A stretch of DNA of 64,000 nucleotides from Eledone cirrhosa (Eukaryota), in the NCBI GenBank assembly GCA_964016885.1, contig OZ024746.1, forward strand, positions 2,728,001 to 2,792,000. Reading direction: 5' to 3'. Numbering within the stretch: position 1 is the first letter of the stretch; each line of letters starts with the position of its first letter. A model generated the notes under the pieces. The model was not told where the DNA came from and made no database searches. It was given only the letters and a program-made list of their open reading frames with translations. The translations under genes and the position numbers were made by a program. This document shows, piece by piece, positions 15,135-28,283 of this stretch.

Positions 15135-15605
15135 CAAAAGGCTTCTCCCTCAAAATGAAAGGCAGACTGTATGATGCGTGTATCCGAACAGCAATGTTAC
15201 ATGGTAGTGAGACTTGGGCGCTGTCTGTGGAAGACTTACGTAGATTAGAGAGAAACGAAGCCTGCATGCTCTGATGGATGTGTAACAGTAATATACGCGA
15301 ACGACAAAGCATAGATGAATTGAGAGAGAGACTGAGAATAAGAGGAATCAAATGCTGTGTGCAGGAGAGGCGGTTGCGTTGGTATGGACATGCGATGCGT
15401 ATGAAGGATGACAGCTGCATAAAAAGGTGCAGAGCACTAGAAGTCACTGGAAACCGCGGAGTGGGGAGACCCAAGATGACCTGGGATGAGGTGATAAAAG
15501 CCGACCTTACCCAATTACACCTCTCCAATGCGATGACACACGACATGACCTCTGGCGTCACGCAGTAATACAGAGTACTCGACCTCCCCATGGGTACAAG
15601 CTGAA

Positions 15606-15612
<7 letters not shown>
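15135..15612 (+). pseudogene. RTE-clade LINE family A, ORF C-terminal fragment
   Basis: KGFSLKMKGRLYDACIRTAMLHGSETW...RRLRWYGHAMRM...GRPKMTWDEV, an RTE RT thumb/C-terminus. In-frame TGA at 15272. TA-flanked on both sides. Confidence 0.9.
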
Positions 15613-15636
<24 letters not shown>

Positions 15637-15660
15637 GCTATTCAGATATATATATATATT

Positions 15661-15830
15661 CTAAGGCAGGTAAAATTCCCGAGATCCATGGACGAGTTCT
15701 CTCCAGCGGTCTCTGTCCCTCATTATCGCTGCCATGTCCTGCGTCTCCAACAGACCAGTGTCTGTCCTTAGGGCATCAACATATGTTAACCTTGGCTGTC
15801 CTCTTCCAGTGTGTCCATGTAGGGGCTGGC
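15661..15830 (-). pseudogene. RTE-like LINE family B, 3' end
   Basis: PLHGHTGRGQPRLTYVDALRTDTG...MRDRDRWR...YLP*, ending at the stop codon next to (TA)n. Homologue at 52517-52767. Confidence 0.8.
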
Positions 15831-16249
15831 CATGAGGAGCATTTTTTAAACAGTGAGAGCTCATCCCCACTATCACTGTTTGGGCTTGGGACCAGTGTGA
15901 TCATCATTGGCTTGTCACTTAAATTTAGTTAACAGAGACTATATGGAAGCCTATTATGTCTGTCTGTCTTCATGTTGCCATGGCTTAAAAAATAAATGAC
16001 ATTTGTTTGTCTCACATAAACTGTCAATCTGCAGAAGATATTGTTTAACAGGTAAAGGTTCATAGAAATGTACCATACTTAAAAATAAGTATGGATTGAC
16101 AACAGGAAGGCGACCCAGCCATAGAATGATGCCTCCAAAAGTCACATCCAACCCATGCCAGTATGGAAAGCAGACATAAAATGGTGGTGATGTGCTACAC
16201 ACATACACACACACATATTTACATGCACATTGTTGTGATCGTTTTCAAA

Positions 16250-16466
<217 letters not shown>

Positions 16467-17595
16467 TAAAAATGGTCGTGTGTCTAAGAAAGAAATCAAT
16501 ATTTATTTAGATGTACATAATTAAATCTTTCCTGTTTAATTAAATTCCATGATTGACGCTAGGAAAGTGCTAATTGCATTTATATGTGGAAATAACTCCT
16601 TTATTCAGTCTTCTTACCAAACCTTAATTGCTTGACCGGCATTCATATTCCAATATTATTTATGGTTCTTTGATCTTGTTGTTCACGATAAAAGTCTGTG
16701 AAGATTTTTATGGTAATTAAGTTTCCTAACCTTTAAGCAGTCAGACTTTTTGGTTTGTAGAAGTTACTGCAGAAGTTTTTAATACATAGAAATAGGAATG
16801 ATATAGTAATGAAAATAGCCTTCCTAGTTTGCAGGTCATCTTCAAGATTACCCCCAGAAGTGGAGGTTAAATGTACTCTACAAATATTGTATAGTAGTTA
16901 TTGAATTAATGTTGAGATTTTTGGTGACATCTTAAGCAAAGAAAATTGAATATATATATATATATATATATTTGTGTGTGTATACATATACATTTATTAT
17001 ATACATATTCATTTATTATATACACACACATATACATTTATTATATACATATTCATTTATTATATACACACACACACACATATACATTTATTATATACAT
17101 ATTCATTTATTATATATACTCACACACACACACACACACACATACATTTATTATATACATATTCATTTATTACACACACGCACACGCACGCACGCACGCA
17201 CGCGTATTATATATGTGTTGTGAGGGAGAGAGAAAGATAAAAAAAACTCTCTAGATCATCCATATGGGATATTTCAGAGACTATTTCTTAATGAGTTCCC
17301 CTGCTGGTTTAGCAAATACCACCTGGGTAGGGTGATATTAGCAACATTTTCTCTGTGCAGGTATTTGGACCAAGTGTTTTTATTCCTTCCTTACCCATAT
17401 TCTTTTTCTTGCAGACCAAATTTGTGTTTTAGTTCCAAATGTTTCCTAATTCTTGTGTGTATTCCTAATACAAAATACACAGTTGATCAGGAACTAAGGT
17501 AGTTGTCAAGCAGAGATAACATAGGATAAAGAGGACTTGTTAATTTGCTGAGGACAAAACTTTTGTCTCCTTCTTTATTTATGACAGTCATGTAT

Positions 17596-17763
17596 AATTG
17601 AGAGGAAGACCCCAAGCAAGATGGTGGATAACATCCATGAGATTGGCTGGTCTCACTTGGGGATCCAGGTGGATCAGTTGGGGACAGTTACTTCTGACAG
17701 GACCTGTTGGAAGGAGTCTTTGAGGATTCTGTCTCCACAACACTCTCGGGAATAAGTGGGCAA
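17596..17763 (+). mobile_element. RTE-like LINE family C, 3' fragment
   Basis: Homologous to 55440-55605 and to the reverse complement of 22650-22862 (GGGGATCCAG..GATCAGTTGG...CTCTCGGGAATAAGTGGG). Confidence 0.7.
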
Positions 17764-18604
17764 AGGAGTGTATAATTGAAAGGAGATTAATTATTTTATA
17801 TTTATTTTGTGTCTGCAAATTTAATCATTAGGGTTCTTTGTTTTGATACCTGGTGCCATCTCAAAGCTGAAGAGAATTATTTAAGAATAAACTGATTTTT
17901 ACAAGAACATATGAGAATACTTGCAGCCAAGTTTAAACCTTTGATCCTTGACCTGTAAGTAGCCTCTTGTTGTCTCTTCCTTTATCAAATATGATCAACC
18001 AACAACCAGACTAGCATTTTTTTCATTTTTAGATATTTTTTTACACTTAAATTTATATATTTTCCTTTCAAATTGTTTTTTCTCACAGAGAATATCTTCA
18101 GAAAAGTTAATGCATTTCCTAAAGAGATTAATATCATTTGTGAGCATTAGTAGCTCACTTTTACTTTATATATTACAAGAAAATAACAATAAATACCAAA
18201 CTACCAGTCATTAGAAGTTAACATGAATGGCATATGCAGTGCCAGTCTATTGATGTAAGCTATAAAACAAGATAAGCTTAAGTTTGAAACATTTCTGTGT
18301 CTGCTATCTGAAACTGTTTTATTTTCTCTTGTTTGGTGATTACAAAAGCAGCTCTACAAAACGCTGATATCTTCTCAATATATTTTTTAGTTTATCTCTG
18401 CAATTGTTTTTCTCCTTTATTTTGGTCCTTTGTAAAGTGCATATCTTTTTATGGATTAATGTAGTAAATGGATTCTTCTATAATCAATCACTCAATCAAC
18501 TTTTTTTTATATAAAATGATCTTATTGTTAAAGCATTAGTATTAATCTCTCTCCCTTCTCTATCTCTTTATCTCTTTCTCAGACACACTTAACCACATTT
18601 CATC

Positions 18605-18621
18605 TCTACTCTCTACCTCTT

Positions 18622-18654
<33 letters not shown>

Positions 18655-18713
18655 TTCTCTCTTTCTCTCTCTCTCTCCCTCTCTCTTTCTCTCTTTCTCT
18701 CTCTCTCTCTCTC

Positions 18714-18810
<97 letters not shown>

Positions 18811-18863
18811 TTCTCTCTCTCTTTCTCTCTTTCTCTTTCTCTCTCTCTCTCTCTTTCTCTCTT

Positions 18864-18895
<32 letters not shown>

Positions 18896-19110
18896 ACACA
18901 CTTTCTCTCTCTCTCACACACTTTCTCTCTCTCTCACACACTTTCTCTCTCTCACACACTTTCTCTCTCTCTCTCTCTCACACACTTTCTCTCTCTCACA
19001 CACTTTCTCTCACACACTTTCTCTCTCTCTCTCTCACACACTTTCTCTCTCTCTCTCTCACACACTTTCTCTCTCTCTCACACACGTTTTCTCTCTCTCT
19101 CTCTCTCACA

Positions 19111-19152
<42 letters not shown>
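18605..19152. repeat. (CT)n/(CTTT) polypyrimidine microsatellite
   Basis: Direct inspection. Confidence 0.95.
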
Positions 19153-20216
19153 TATAGAAAGAAACCCAATTTCTCAGTTGGTTCAAGATAAAAAAAAATG
19201 TTTCCATTTAAAGTTATTTATCATCATTGATTAAACATTTTGTTTTCTTTCATGCTGGCAGTAGTTGAAAGAATCTTCAGATAGACCCCTCCCCATCTGT
19301 TTCTATCCTTCACCTTTTTACTTGTTCCAATTTTCTAAGATCTAATAAACTAGCTTGCATCAAGTCTTTCTTCTCCTAGCCTCACACCAGCAACAAATGT
19401 TAACTCAACATCACCCATAACCATTACATGATCAATAGATTCATCTATGCTGCATTATCTGATCAATACTTTTGCTATTCAGTTACCTTCTGAAGTTACA
19501 TGTATCTCTCAATGTATTTGTTATTTTACAAGGTAAAAATGTATAATTAATATTCAGTACATTGCCTTTAAATTGTTATTCTTTAGTATTTAGTCTTTAT
19601 CAACATTGATTCTCCTGTACACAACAATACTTCTGGAACATTCATCTGATTGTCCATCTTTTAGCTATTGTAATATTTCAAGCAAATCAGTTATAGTTCT
19701 CCTGTTGATGGATAAAGATCTTCCCCTTATCTTTCCATGACTTTGGGCTTTGGGTGTCCAATCACCAGTTTTTGTCATCTATCTGATTCATGATTCATCC
19801 TATTCATTGTGTCATCCTCTCTTTCTTTTATGGTCACTTGGAATCCAGTCTGTCAGCTTTTTTTTATTATTCACTTCTTGTCACACAACCTTTTATGAAT
19901 TTGATAACATTTTGTTTGATGTGGATTTACATTTATGCTCTCCACACATTATTCCAAGCTGCAATATTTATCTTCTAAAATATAATTATATAGAATGTTA
20001 TTACATGGAAATTATTCATATATTTTATATATTTACAACTACAGCATTATACTCAGTATGTTTTAATCTTACTCTTTGTACAATACCAACATACACAAAC
20101 AAGTCTTGTGTAATACTTACTTTCATGTAGGCTACAATGATTTTCATACTAGACTTTGAAAGAAAAATCACAAATGGTTGGTTTATGTCAAGTCACCCAC
20201 GTGTGAAAAGTTTCCT

Positions 20217-20370
20217 TAGCCCTTTTGTTACCATATTTCCAATGAAAGATATTGTCTGTTTTTTAAAGAATTTCGAGGGATTTAGTACTACAACTAATTT
20301 TCTCATTATTAGGCTAGTATTTGAAATATGAATTAAAGGTTCTTACATAAAATTGTGATGGAAGGTTTTT
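20217..20370 (-). mobile_element. Partial copy of TTAA MITE family M2
   Basis: Reverse-complement similarity to the right half of 22079-22316. Confidence 0.55.
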
Positions 20371-21009
20371 TTGATAAATATAGCATCCTCCAGCTAAACA
20401 CCCTGATAGCCCTCTTCTTGTCAGATAGCAGTCAATAACAGTCACAAAACTTGCCTCTGTGTGGACTGAACAATATTGGCTGTTAGAACTACCTATTGAT
20501 AAATGCCTCGTATTCCTAATTTGCCAAAAAAATCAATTTTCGGATGGTAGATTTTTTTGGGAGGTTGAAACAAGATTTTGGTCAACCAAACTATTTTGGT
20601 CCAGGTGGAAATGTAAGTGTCCCAACACTTTCTTAATTTAACTGTTGGAATTCTTAACTTATTTTTTTTTTTTGTTATCTGCCTGTTTATCCTACATGGG
20701 TGCTGCTTTCCTATGAACGGATCACTATGATGTGCTCTGAAGCGAATTATTCACCCACATGGCATAGCTTCTGTTGAGAAGTTTATAGAAAGCAAGATTG
20801 GAAAATTGTATTGGTTTTTGTGCCTCTGCCATTCAATCAATCTAAATTCCCCACTATAAATACATATCAAAATAAACAGCTTCATATCATAAAGCTAGGG
20901 GTGGTGTCATGTGGTCTGGTATCAAAAGGGTTTATTTGGTAAAAGTTACACAACCGTCTAACCCATGCTAGCGTGGAAGATAGACATTAAACGATGATGA
21001 TGATTTATT

Positions 21010-21150
21010 TAAAAACACCACACCAAATAAAAACAGCCCTTCACCCCTGCCTGATGACCCTGTGATAAACAGGTATAACTCCTGAGTAACAAGACTCACT
21101 ATTTAGCTTTAATAAAATGAATATTAAAACTCTACTTCAGTATTAAGTAC
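21010..21150 (+). mobile_element. Penelope-like pLTR remnant with degenerate hammerhead (family P2)
   Basis: CTGATGA (21051)-CCTGT gataa ACAGG-tATAAC(GAAAC mutated)-TCctGAGTA-ACAAGA...AATAAA. Homologous to both arms of 43730-43889. Confidence 0.65.
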
Positions 21151-22078
21151 TATTTTTTTCTCAGCCGTTAACTACGTATACACACACATATATAACCTTC
21201 TGCTGTCCAGCTCTCCTGAGAGTTTCTTACCACCATTATATATGACTATTTTTTGTTTTCTGTGCAGACTCAATATTTAGCAAAGGCTATTTTAAATGCA
21301 ATGAGTTATTGCTCTATATAAATAGATAACTATCTAAAACTTGATCAATTTTCAAATACTGAAGTTGAAAATTGGTCACATTTATTACTTTACTCCGTAC
21401 CAACATGTACAATATGTGAATTAGTGAAATGGCTATTATAGATAAAGTAGTTGCTAACAATTGATTACCTCAAGAAAATCAATTTAACTTAGTCTGTTGT
21501 TTGCCTTTAACAAATGCAGTCATGTATGACTTCCTCAATGGTAATTTTTAAATGGCAGCAAGTGATGGTGTAGACAAGAGCATGTGCTCACCAGTTTTCT
21601 ATATGGAAATTTAATGATGTTAGAGTTCAGATAATACAGTAGACTAGGTGGCACTTTCAGCGCATAATGTTGTTTGAAATATTTGCTTTATTGATAGCAT
21701 TGCATTTGATTAAGTATAAAAAGGTCTTTGTTTCTGGTTTCCTAAACAAACTGATCTAATTATATCTGTTAATGATTTCCATGCTAAAGCTTTAAAATAT
21801 TATTTCCTGGCTGTAAAATAATTGCTAGTTTTATATATATTTATAAAACTAATGTATATTCCATAAAAATATTCAGTCTGCGACTTTCTAGCATTGTTAT
21901 TTAAACACAAAATAGAACATATAACCACTTAACCTAAGTTGCAAAAGAAATATGGTAGCTTTTAGCCTCTAGCCATTTAAACTCGATGGCCTTTCCCCTC
22001 TTGTAACATATAAAACGTAATACTAAAATCTACTTGCTATATATTTGCGCCTCAATCAGTTTTAGTATATTTGAATCT

Positions 22079-22316
22079 TTAACTCTTTAGTTCCCAACCT
22101 GGTCAAAACCAGCTCTGGTTCTATGAAACAAAACCACCCTCTTTAAGGGTTTCCAATGTAAATTTAAATCTTCCAACATAATTATATATAAGAACTTTTC
22201 ATTAAGTTATTATCTTAGTATTGAAATAAATAATAATTTTAGTAAATCCCTCAAAATTCTTAATTAATTAATTAAAAGAGTGTATTTCATTAGAAATGTG
22301 GTTGTGAAAGGGTTAA
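22079..22316 (+). mobile_element. TTAA-flanked (piggyBac-type) MITE family M2
   Basis: TTAA|CTCTTT...AAAGGG|TTAA. Further copies at 27885-28283, 58935-59144 and 20217-20370. Confidence 0.75.
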
Positions 22317-22649
22317 ATACTTAAACACTTCTTAATAACTTTAATATCTATAGAAAGAAACAAGGTTTCTTTATTTTATTTAGTGGAAGTTTTACATAGG
22401 TGTTAGGAAATTTTCAAACAATTTGAGGTTCAGGCTGTTTTATTAATCTATTCTAAACATTCTTACCTTTAAAATGTGGTGTTTGGGTTGGTAACATTCA
22501 AATGTATGCTAAAAGGTAAAAAAAAGAAAATACAGTGGATATGAAAGAAGTTCATTTATGTTGGGTTCAGTGGGATCTCATTTGATATGCAATAGTCATC
22601 AATACTGAGAAGGTAAGAATAAGAAATAGACTCTACAAAATATAACTTC

Positions 22650-22862
22650 TTCTCCCACTTATTCCTGAGAGGGTTGTGGGGACTGAGTCCTCAAACACTC
22701 TTTCCAGCTGGTCTTGGCAGAAGCAGCTGTTTCCAATTGATCCGGTTGGATCCCCAAGTGAGACCAGCCGAGCTCATTCATGTTATCCAACCATCTTCCT
22801 CGGGGTCTAACCCTGGGTCTCCTGCCAGTTGATTTTTACCTGTAAAATCGGTCCAGCAATTC
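22650..22862 (-). mobile_element. RTE-like LINE family C, 3' fragment
   Basis: The minus strand contains KSTGRRPRVRPRGRW-like sequence and ends in CCCTCTCAGGAATAAGTGGGAGAAGAAG. Confidence 0.7.
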
Positions 22863-22870
22863 TTTCCTGA

Positions 22871-23060
22871 GATATAAGGTAGTGTTATCACTGATATAAG
22901 GTAGTGTTATCACTGATATAAGGTAGTGTTATCACTGATATAAGGTAGTGTTATTATAAGGTAGTGTTATCACTGATATAAGGTAGTGTTATCACCATTA
23001 TTACTGATATAAGATAGTGTTATCACCATTATTACATATATGAGGTAGTGTTATCACCAT
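22871..23060. repeat. 22-bp minisatellite GATATAAGGTAGTGTTATCACT
   Basis: About 8 units, decaying toward the right. Confidence 0.9.
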
Positions 23061-23062
23061 TG

Positions 23063-23300
23063 TTAACTTTGCCTTTCATCCTTACGGGGTTGATAAAATA
23101 AAGTACCAGTAAGACACTGGGATAATTGCTGGCCTTGTGCCAAAAGTAGAAATAATTATTACTGCCATAAGGCGGTTGATTGGCAGAATCATTTGCATGT
23201 TTTAGTTATGACCCATTCTGTTCTGAGTTCAAATCCTGCCGATAGCAACTTTGCTTTCATCTTTACAGAATCAATAAAATAAAGTGCCAATCAATATTCT
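23063..23300 (+). mobile_element. Two partial Deu/Nin-domain SINE copies in tandem
   Basis: ACTTTGCCTTTCATCCTTACGGGGTTGATAAAATAAAGTACC matches the Deu/Nin domain. The second copy starts AAGGCGG..TGGCAGAATC, has B-box GAGTTCAAATCC and carries the same domain. Confidence 0.7.
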
Positions 23301-23689
23301 AGTGCCAATAATTAAAGAGATAGCCTTAGAGGCAATTTGGATTAATCTTAGAGGAAACCCATGTAATTCCAATAAAATGATCAATAATGACAGAGCATTT
23401 GAGTTACTCTAATCTACAAATGTGTTTAGTATTTCTCTAAAATAACGTTGGGTTTATAAAGACTTACTGCCCTTCTAGACAGGTCAGATATCCATAGTTC
23501 AATCTAACATTCCACTTAGGTATCCATAGAGACAGTGCCAATCTTAATGCCAACCCCTTTACTCATAGTATGGAGTGGAGAGTATTTTATCATGATAAAA
23601 GCACTAGCAAGCTTGTCTTGTCCCCTGGAAGGTTAAAACGTTCTCTCCAACCAAAACATTACATATAAATATGTTAGTATATTTGGTAT

Positions 23690-24125
23690 AAAAATCCACA
23701 GAGCCAATGAAGAAGCCTCTACAAGGTCATTAGACGTGCTAAAAATAGCAGCCAAATCTTTCTGGAATCACACCAAGAAAAAATAAAAATACTTATTGGA
23801 TAATGTTGTTCTAGTTTAATGGCAGAGGAAAAAAAGATGGGATGGTCATAACTGGAGTGTGTTTAACCATTTAGCATTTACATTATTCTATATTTATTAT
23901 TGCATTTTCACAGTAAAGCTTTATCTTTCATAAAGTTATCTTACATAATATCGATTCTACAAGATTTTGATGTTTATTTTGAGAACAATACCTTAATGTA
24001 GGCATGAGCGGCTGGTTTGAACAGAAATAGGTTAGAGAGTTCTGGCCGGATATGGCCGGTTTAAATGCTAAAGGGTTAATCATATATCTATTTGATCAGA
24101 GTTGATATGTAACTAAACAACCACC
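23690..24125 (+). mobile_element. Old interspersed repeat family D, interrupted by MITE M1
   Basis: GGTCATT..GCTA.AAATAGCAGCCAAATC...GATGGGATGGTCA..CTGGA | MITE | TCATA..TGATCAG..CTAAACAAC. Uninterrupted relatives at 26815-27000, 28695-28825 (minus) and 60680-60742. Confidence 0.6.
23863..24079 (-). mobile_element. piggyBac-type MITE, family M1 (copy 2, nested)
   Basis: TTAA|CCATTTAGCATTTA...TAAATGCTAAAGGG|TTAA. The internal sequence is the reverse complement of 10612-10824. Confidence 0.85.
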
Positions 24126-24699
24126 ACCATGAACTAGAGATTCTCTCTCTTTGGGTATATTAATGTGATAGAAACTGTTATGCTGTAACACTTACCTAGT
24201 AAAACAGCCATTTTAGCGATTTAAAACACAAACATACAAAAAATATATTTACTTTCCATATATTTCATGAGATATTAAAAATTTGGCCACATTTTTATGA
24301 CAGAAATATTCTCAAAATAAATAAAAAGTAAATATAACATTCTTGTTGTTGTTGTTGTTGTTATTGTTGAGGTTAATGGCTGTTCCGTGATGCAATTGCT
24401 TCAGTTTCAACACAGGGTCTGAGCAAGTCACTTGCTAAACAAATACAATTCTGAGCTATTATGTTATTTAGAACTGAAGAAGATAAACCAAGTCTCCACA
24501 TCTTCTGTTCCCTGAAATGATGATGATGATAGAATTAATCAATTTCTTGAAAATTGTAACTGGAAATATATGAGAAGATTACATCTCTGTATCTCTGTAT
24601 CTCTGTATCTCTGCTGAAGATGTTGCTGAGGTAAGAAGTGTGTCTCTCAACATATATACACTTGTAAGCATACATATACACTCATTAACCAACTTTCAT

Positions 24700-25022
24700 T
24701 CATACACTCATACACACACACATGCACTCATACACACACACATGTACTCATACACACACACACACACACATGCACTCATACACACACACATGCACTCATA
24801 CACACACACTCAGACACACACACATGCACTCACAGACACACATGCACTCATACACACACGCATGCACTCATACACACACGCATGCACTCATACACACACG
24901 CATGCACTCATACACACACACATGCACTCATACACACACACATGCACTCATACACACACACATGCACTCACTCACACACGCACACGCACTCATACACACC
25001 AACATGCACTCACGCACACACT
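24700..25022. repeat. 20-bp minisatellite CATGCACTCATACACACACA
   Basis: Direct inspection. Confidence 0.9.
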
Positions 25023-27393
25023 CCGAGCTGTCGATGTGTGCAATCCGTGAAACCTTATTTATACTTTAGCTCTACTTACTTTACAATTCTCCATTTAATT
25101 TGACCATTAGTTCTAAAGTGACAACAGATCAATCTGTTGATCTGTTGTCAGAAATGATTGAGTTCAGCAATATTTCCAGTTATTGAACCATATCTGCTAC
25201 TTCATACATATCAAACTACTACTTATTCTGCTTGGGAAATATTAACCCTATTATAATTTCTTTGCTACTTGATAACAACAATATAACAAAGATGGCCTCT
25301 TCATACACTTCTAAAGTAGCTTGTACAGACTTAAAATAACCTGACTGACTCCACTAGAAGTAGTATCAGTAGCAACAGAGACTGTCATTATAATGGTTAT
25401 TTGCCAGAACTTTATCCTAGATTTTGATTCAGAGAACTTTTAGATTATAATAAGGCATCTTCCTTATTACATATGTTTAATCTCATTTCCACCTCTTCTT
25501 TATGATATAATAAACAATAATTCATGACTGTACTGATTAACCTGTTTTCTTTCTTTCTTACCACTTATACAAAGTATTTTGTATCAGATGTTTAAAAATA
25601 AAATTGTAAAAATAAATGAGACAGTTAATCAGTTCTGATCTAAAATATCAACACATGATATTTTGTATCAATTTATTCTATTCATTTCTAGCTTCATATC
25701 TAAGTGGCCTAAAGCATTTTGTACAGGAATTCTACTGATAAACACTTGTCTCTTTTCCACCTCAACTCACCCACCCACCCACCCACCCACCCACCCACCC
25801 ACCGTTTAGTTCAAGATAGAAAGATTGCTGTGAAAATTATATTGATTGGTTGCAAATCACTTGCTTCATTTACATATTGAATAGATTCTTGTAAATCTCA
25901 ATGTGTGTGTGGGCAGAGCTGGAGATGGGGAGATTGACAAGAATGAAAGACTATAAAATGTTTTGTAAATCACTGAAATATCGCTGATAGTATTTTAATC
26001 TGTAATTTCATCAGAAAATCCTGCTACGTAATTCTTTCAAAAAGAAGTTGAACTATTCTACAAATTTGTTCTTTCCTTATTTTCAAGTATGATTAACTTT
26101 TAATCTAGAAAGTATATTTCAAACTTGAATTGTTAAATATAATATGCTTTCTAAAGATTACATAAAATATTTGCTTTCTTTTTAGGTTATCTTTCAATGT
26201 TTTTTCAGTTATTAATTTAAGGTGTTGTTTATTTAATAAATTCCAGTTTATCTTTCAAAAAATATTGAATTGTTCTAAAATTTGATAATTTCTAAGATAA
26301 AACTAAAAAAATAAAGCTTTATTGTAGTTATGTATATATTGGGTAGTAAATTGTTCTTGTAAGTTGTCAGCAAACTGATCCATGATTTGGTTTCAATTCC
26401 TAGCTGGAGCTACTTTACAACAATTGGGTAAACCTAAGTACATCACTTCTTCCATTTCCTCCTCTCATCTCAAAATGTCAGAAACAAGCTTATATAATAT
26501 ATGATTAAAAACTGACAATCTGAGAATCTTCTTTCAATGATGTGACTTTCTTGTCAGGTTTCAAACCTTCAAGTTCTCTATTAATTGCACTCTATTAATT
26601 GCACCTTCTCTATTAATTGCACCACTCACAGACATTTCATGCACCTAATCGTATCTAAGAGTGCATTGATAGGCTTATGGCCTATATTTACTTTCAAACA
26701 GGTTGTTCCATTATGTCTTGATTTAGCTTTGACTCTCATTCTATCAATTAGGGAAATAAGTCATCTTTACTCCCTTCTTCCCTTTATCAAAAAACCTACT
26801 TTCTGATAATGAACCAAAAAGGGAGTCTTTAGTTGGTCATTTGATCTGCTAGAAATTCTCCCTCAAATCAGGTTTTATTGTCTTAAAGGAAGAACAAATT
26901 GAATGATGTAATTATACATACTCTTAAAATGTGGGATAGCTATGGCTGGAACTTCTTTTGTCAAAGATTTGTTTGATCATGGTTTACTTGGGACTAAACA
27001 TCTCTCTCACCACTCTTCCCCTGCAGCTTGGAATGAAATTGTGGTTGTATAATTCTGATAATTCCAACCATTTATACATTTTCTGATGACAGCATTCTAC
27101 TCATTCTCTTCAGTTTCCACCCCCTATTTTCATTACTTAGTTACTTAGTCAACTTCCATTAATGTAACTTCCAAAATATCTTACAATTAGAATTGACAAC
27201 TTAGCTTCCTTCTACAGAATTAAGGCACAAACATTACACAGCTTAAGAAAATGAAAAATGTGTTTGTGCAGCTTCCCTTTTCTTGAAAAATATACAAGTA
27301 TCTTGAAGTCGCATTCTTTATACATGCTAGATGTAATGTGTGCTTACTATTCCACACTTTTGGCATATAAGCCCAAAATTGCTTCACAAAACT

Positions 27394-27432
<39 letters not shown>

Positions 27433-27509
27433 ACATATATATACATACATATATATCATCGTTTAACGTCTATCTTCCACGCTAGCATGGGTATATATAT
27501 ATATAAATC

Positions 27510-27685
27510 AAAATGGATACAGTAAGAAACGGTATAGACCATTACTCACCAGAATACTTTGGTACTAGAGTAGGGTTATATGAAAGAGTCGGGACCCTGA
27601 CACCTGAACTCTTGCCATTTCAACACTAGTTCCAGTCTGGAACTAGTTAACGGCAAGAGCTCAGCCATTGGGGTCCTGACTCATA
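27510..27685. mobile_element. Family P1 fold-back palindrome (copy 2)
   Basis: Homologous to 10075-10267, centred at ~27636 (CTAGTTCCAG T CTGGAACTAG). TA-flanked. Confidence 0.6.
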
Positions 27686-27699
27686 TATATATTTGTGTG

Positions 27700-27813
27700 T
27701 ATCCTGTGTTCATTCGGAGGTAACCACAGTAAGGTACTCAATACATAGCAGAGTATAAATATTTAATATAGAAATGACTTCTACAGGACCATAACTGTTT
27801 CAATCGAAGGAAA
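27700..27813 (-). mobile_element. Probable Penelope-like pLTR fragment starting in a hammerhead 3' half
   Basis: Minus strand: GAA-AC-AGTTATG-GT-C-CTGTAG...TTGAGTACC. The 5' side is truncated against TA repeats. Confidence 0.4.
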
Positions 27814-27884
27814 TATATATAATCTGAACTGGTAAACTTTTTTTCAAAAGTACAAATATATTCACTATGAAAATACTGTACACA

Positions 27885-28283
27885 TATAACCAGCCCACCC
27901 AAAACCACCTCCTCTGTTATGGAACCTAGTTACCAATTTAAACATTTTCTGATGTAAAATAAAATTCTTCAACATAATTTTATATAAGAAACTTTTCTTA
28001 TGTTACATATACCATCTTAATAATTGGAATAATTTGAGTAAATCCTTTCATATTCTTCAGTAATTAATTAAAATACAGTGTGTTTTATTAGAAATATTGC
28101 AATGAAAGGGTTCTTATTTAAATTAAAATTTTCCAATATAATTTGATATAAGAACCTTTTGTTAGGTTGTGTGATAAATACCATCTTAATAATTAAACAA
28201 TAGTTTTAGTAAATACCTTCCAAATTCTTCAATTAATTTAATTATAGTGTATTTAATTAGAAATATGGTCACAAAAGAGTTAT
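27885..28283 (+). mobile_element. MITE family M2, one copy plus a tandem partial copy
   Basis: Two successive matches to 22079-22316, ending TGAAAGGGTT (28112) and CAAAAGAGTT (28281). Confidence 0.65.
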
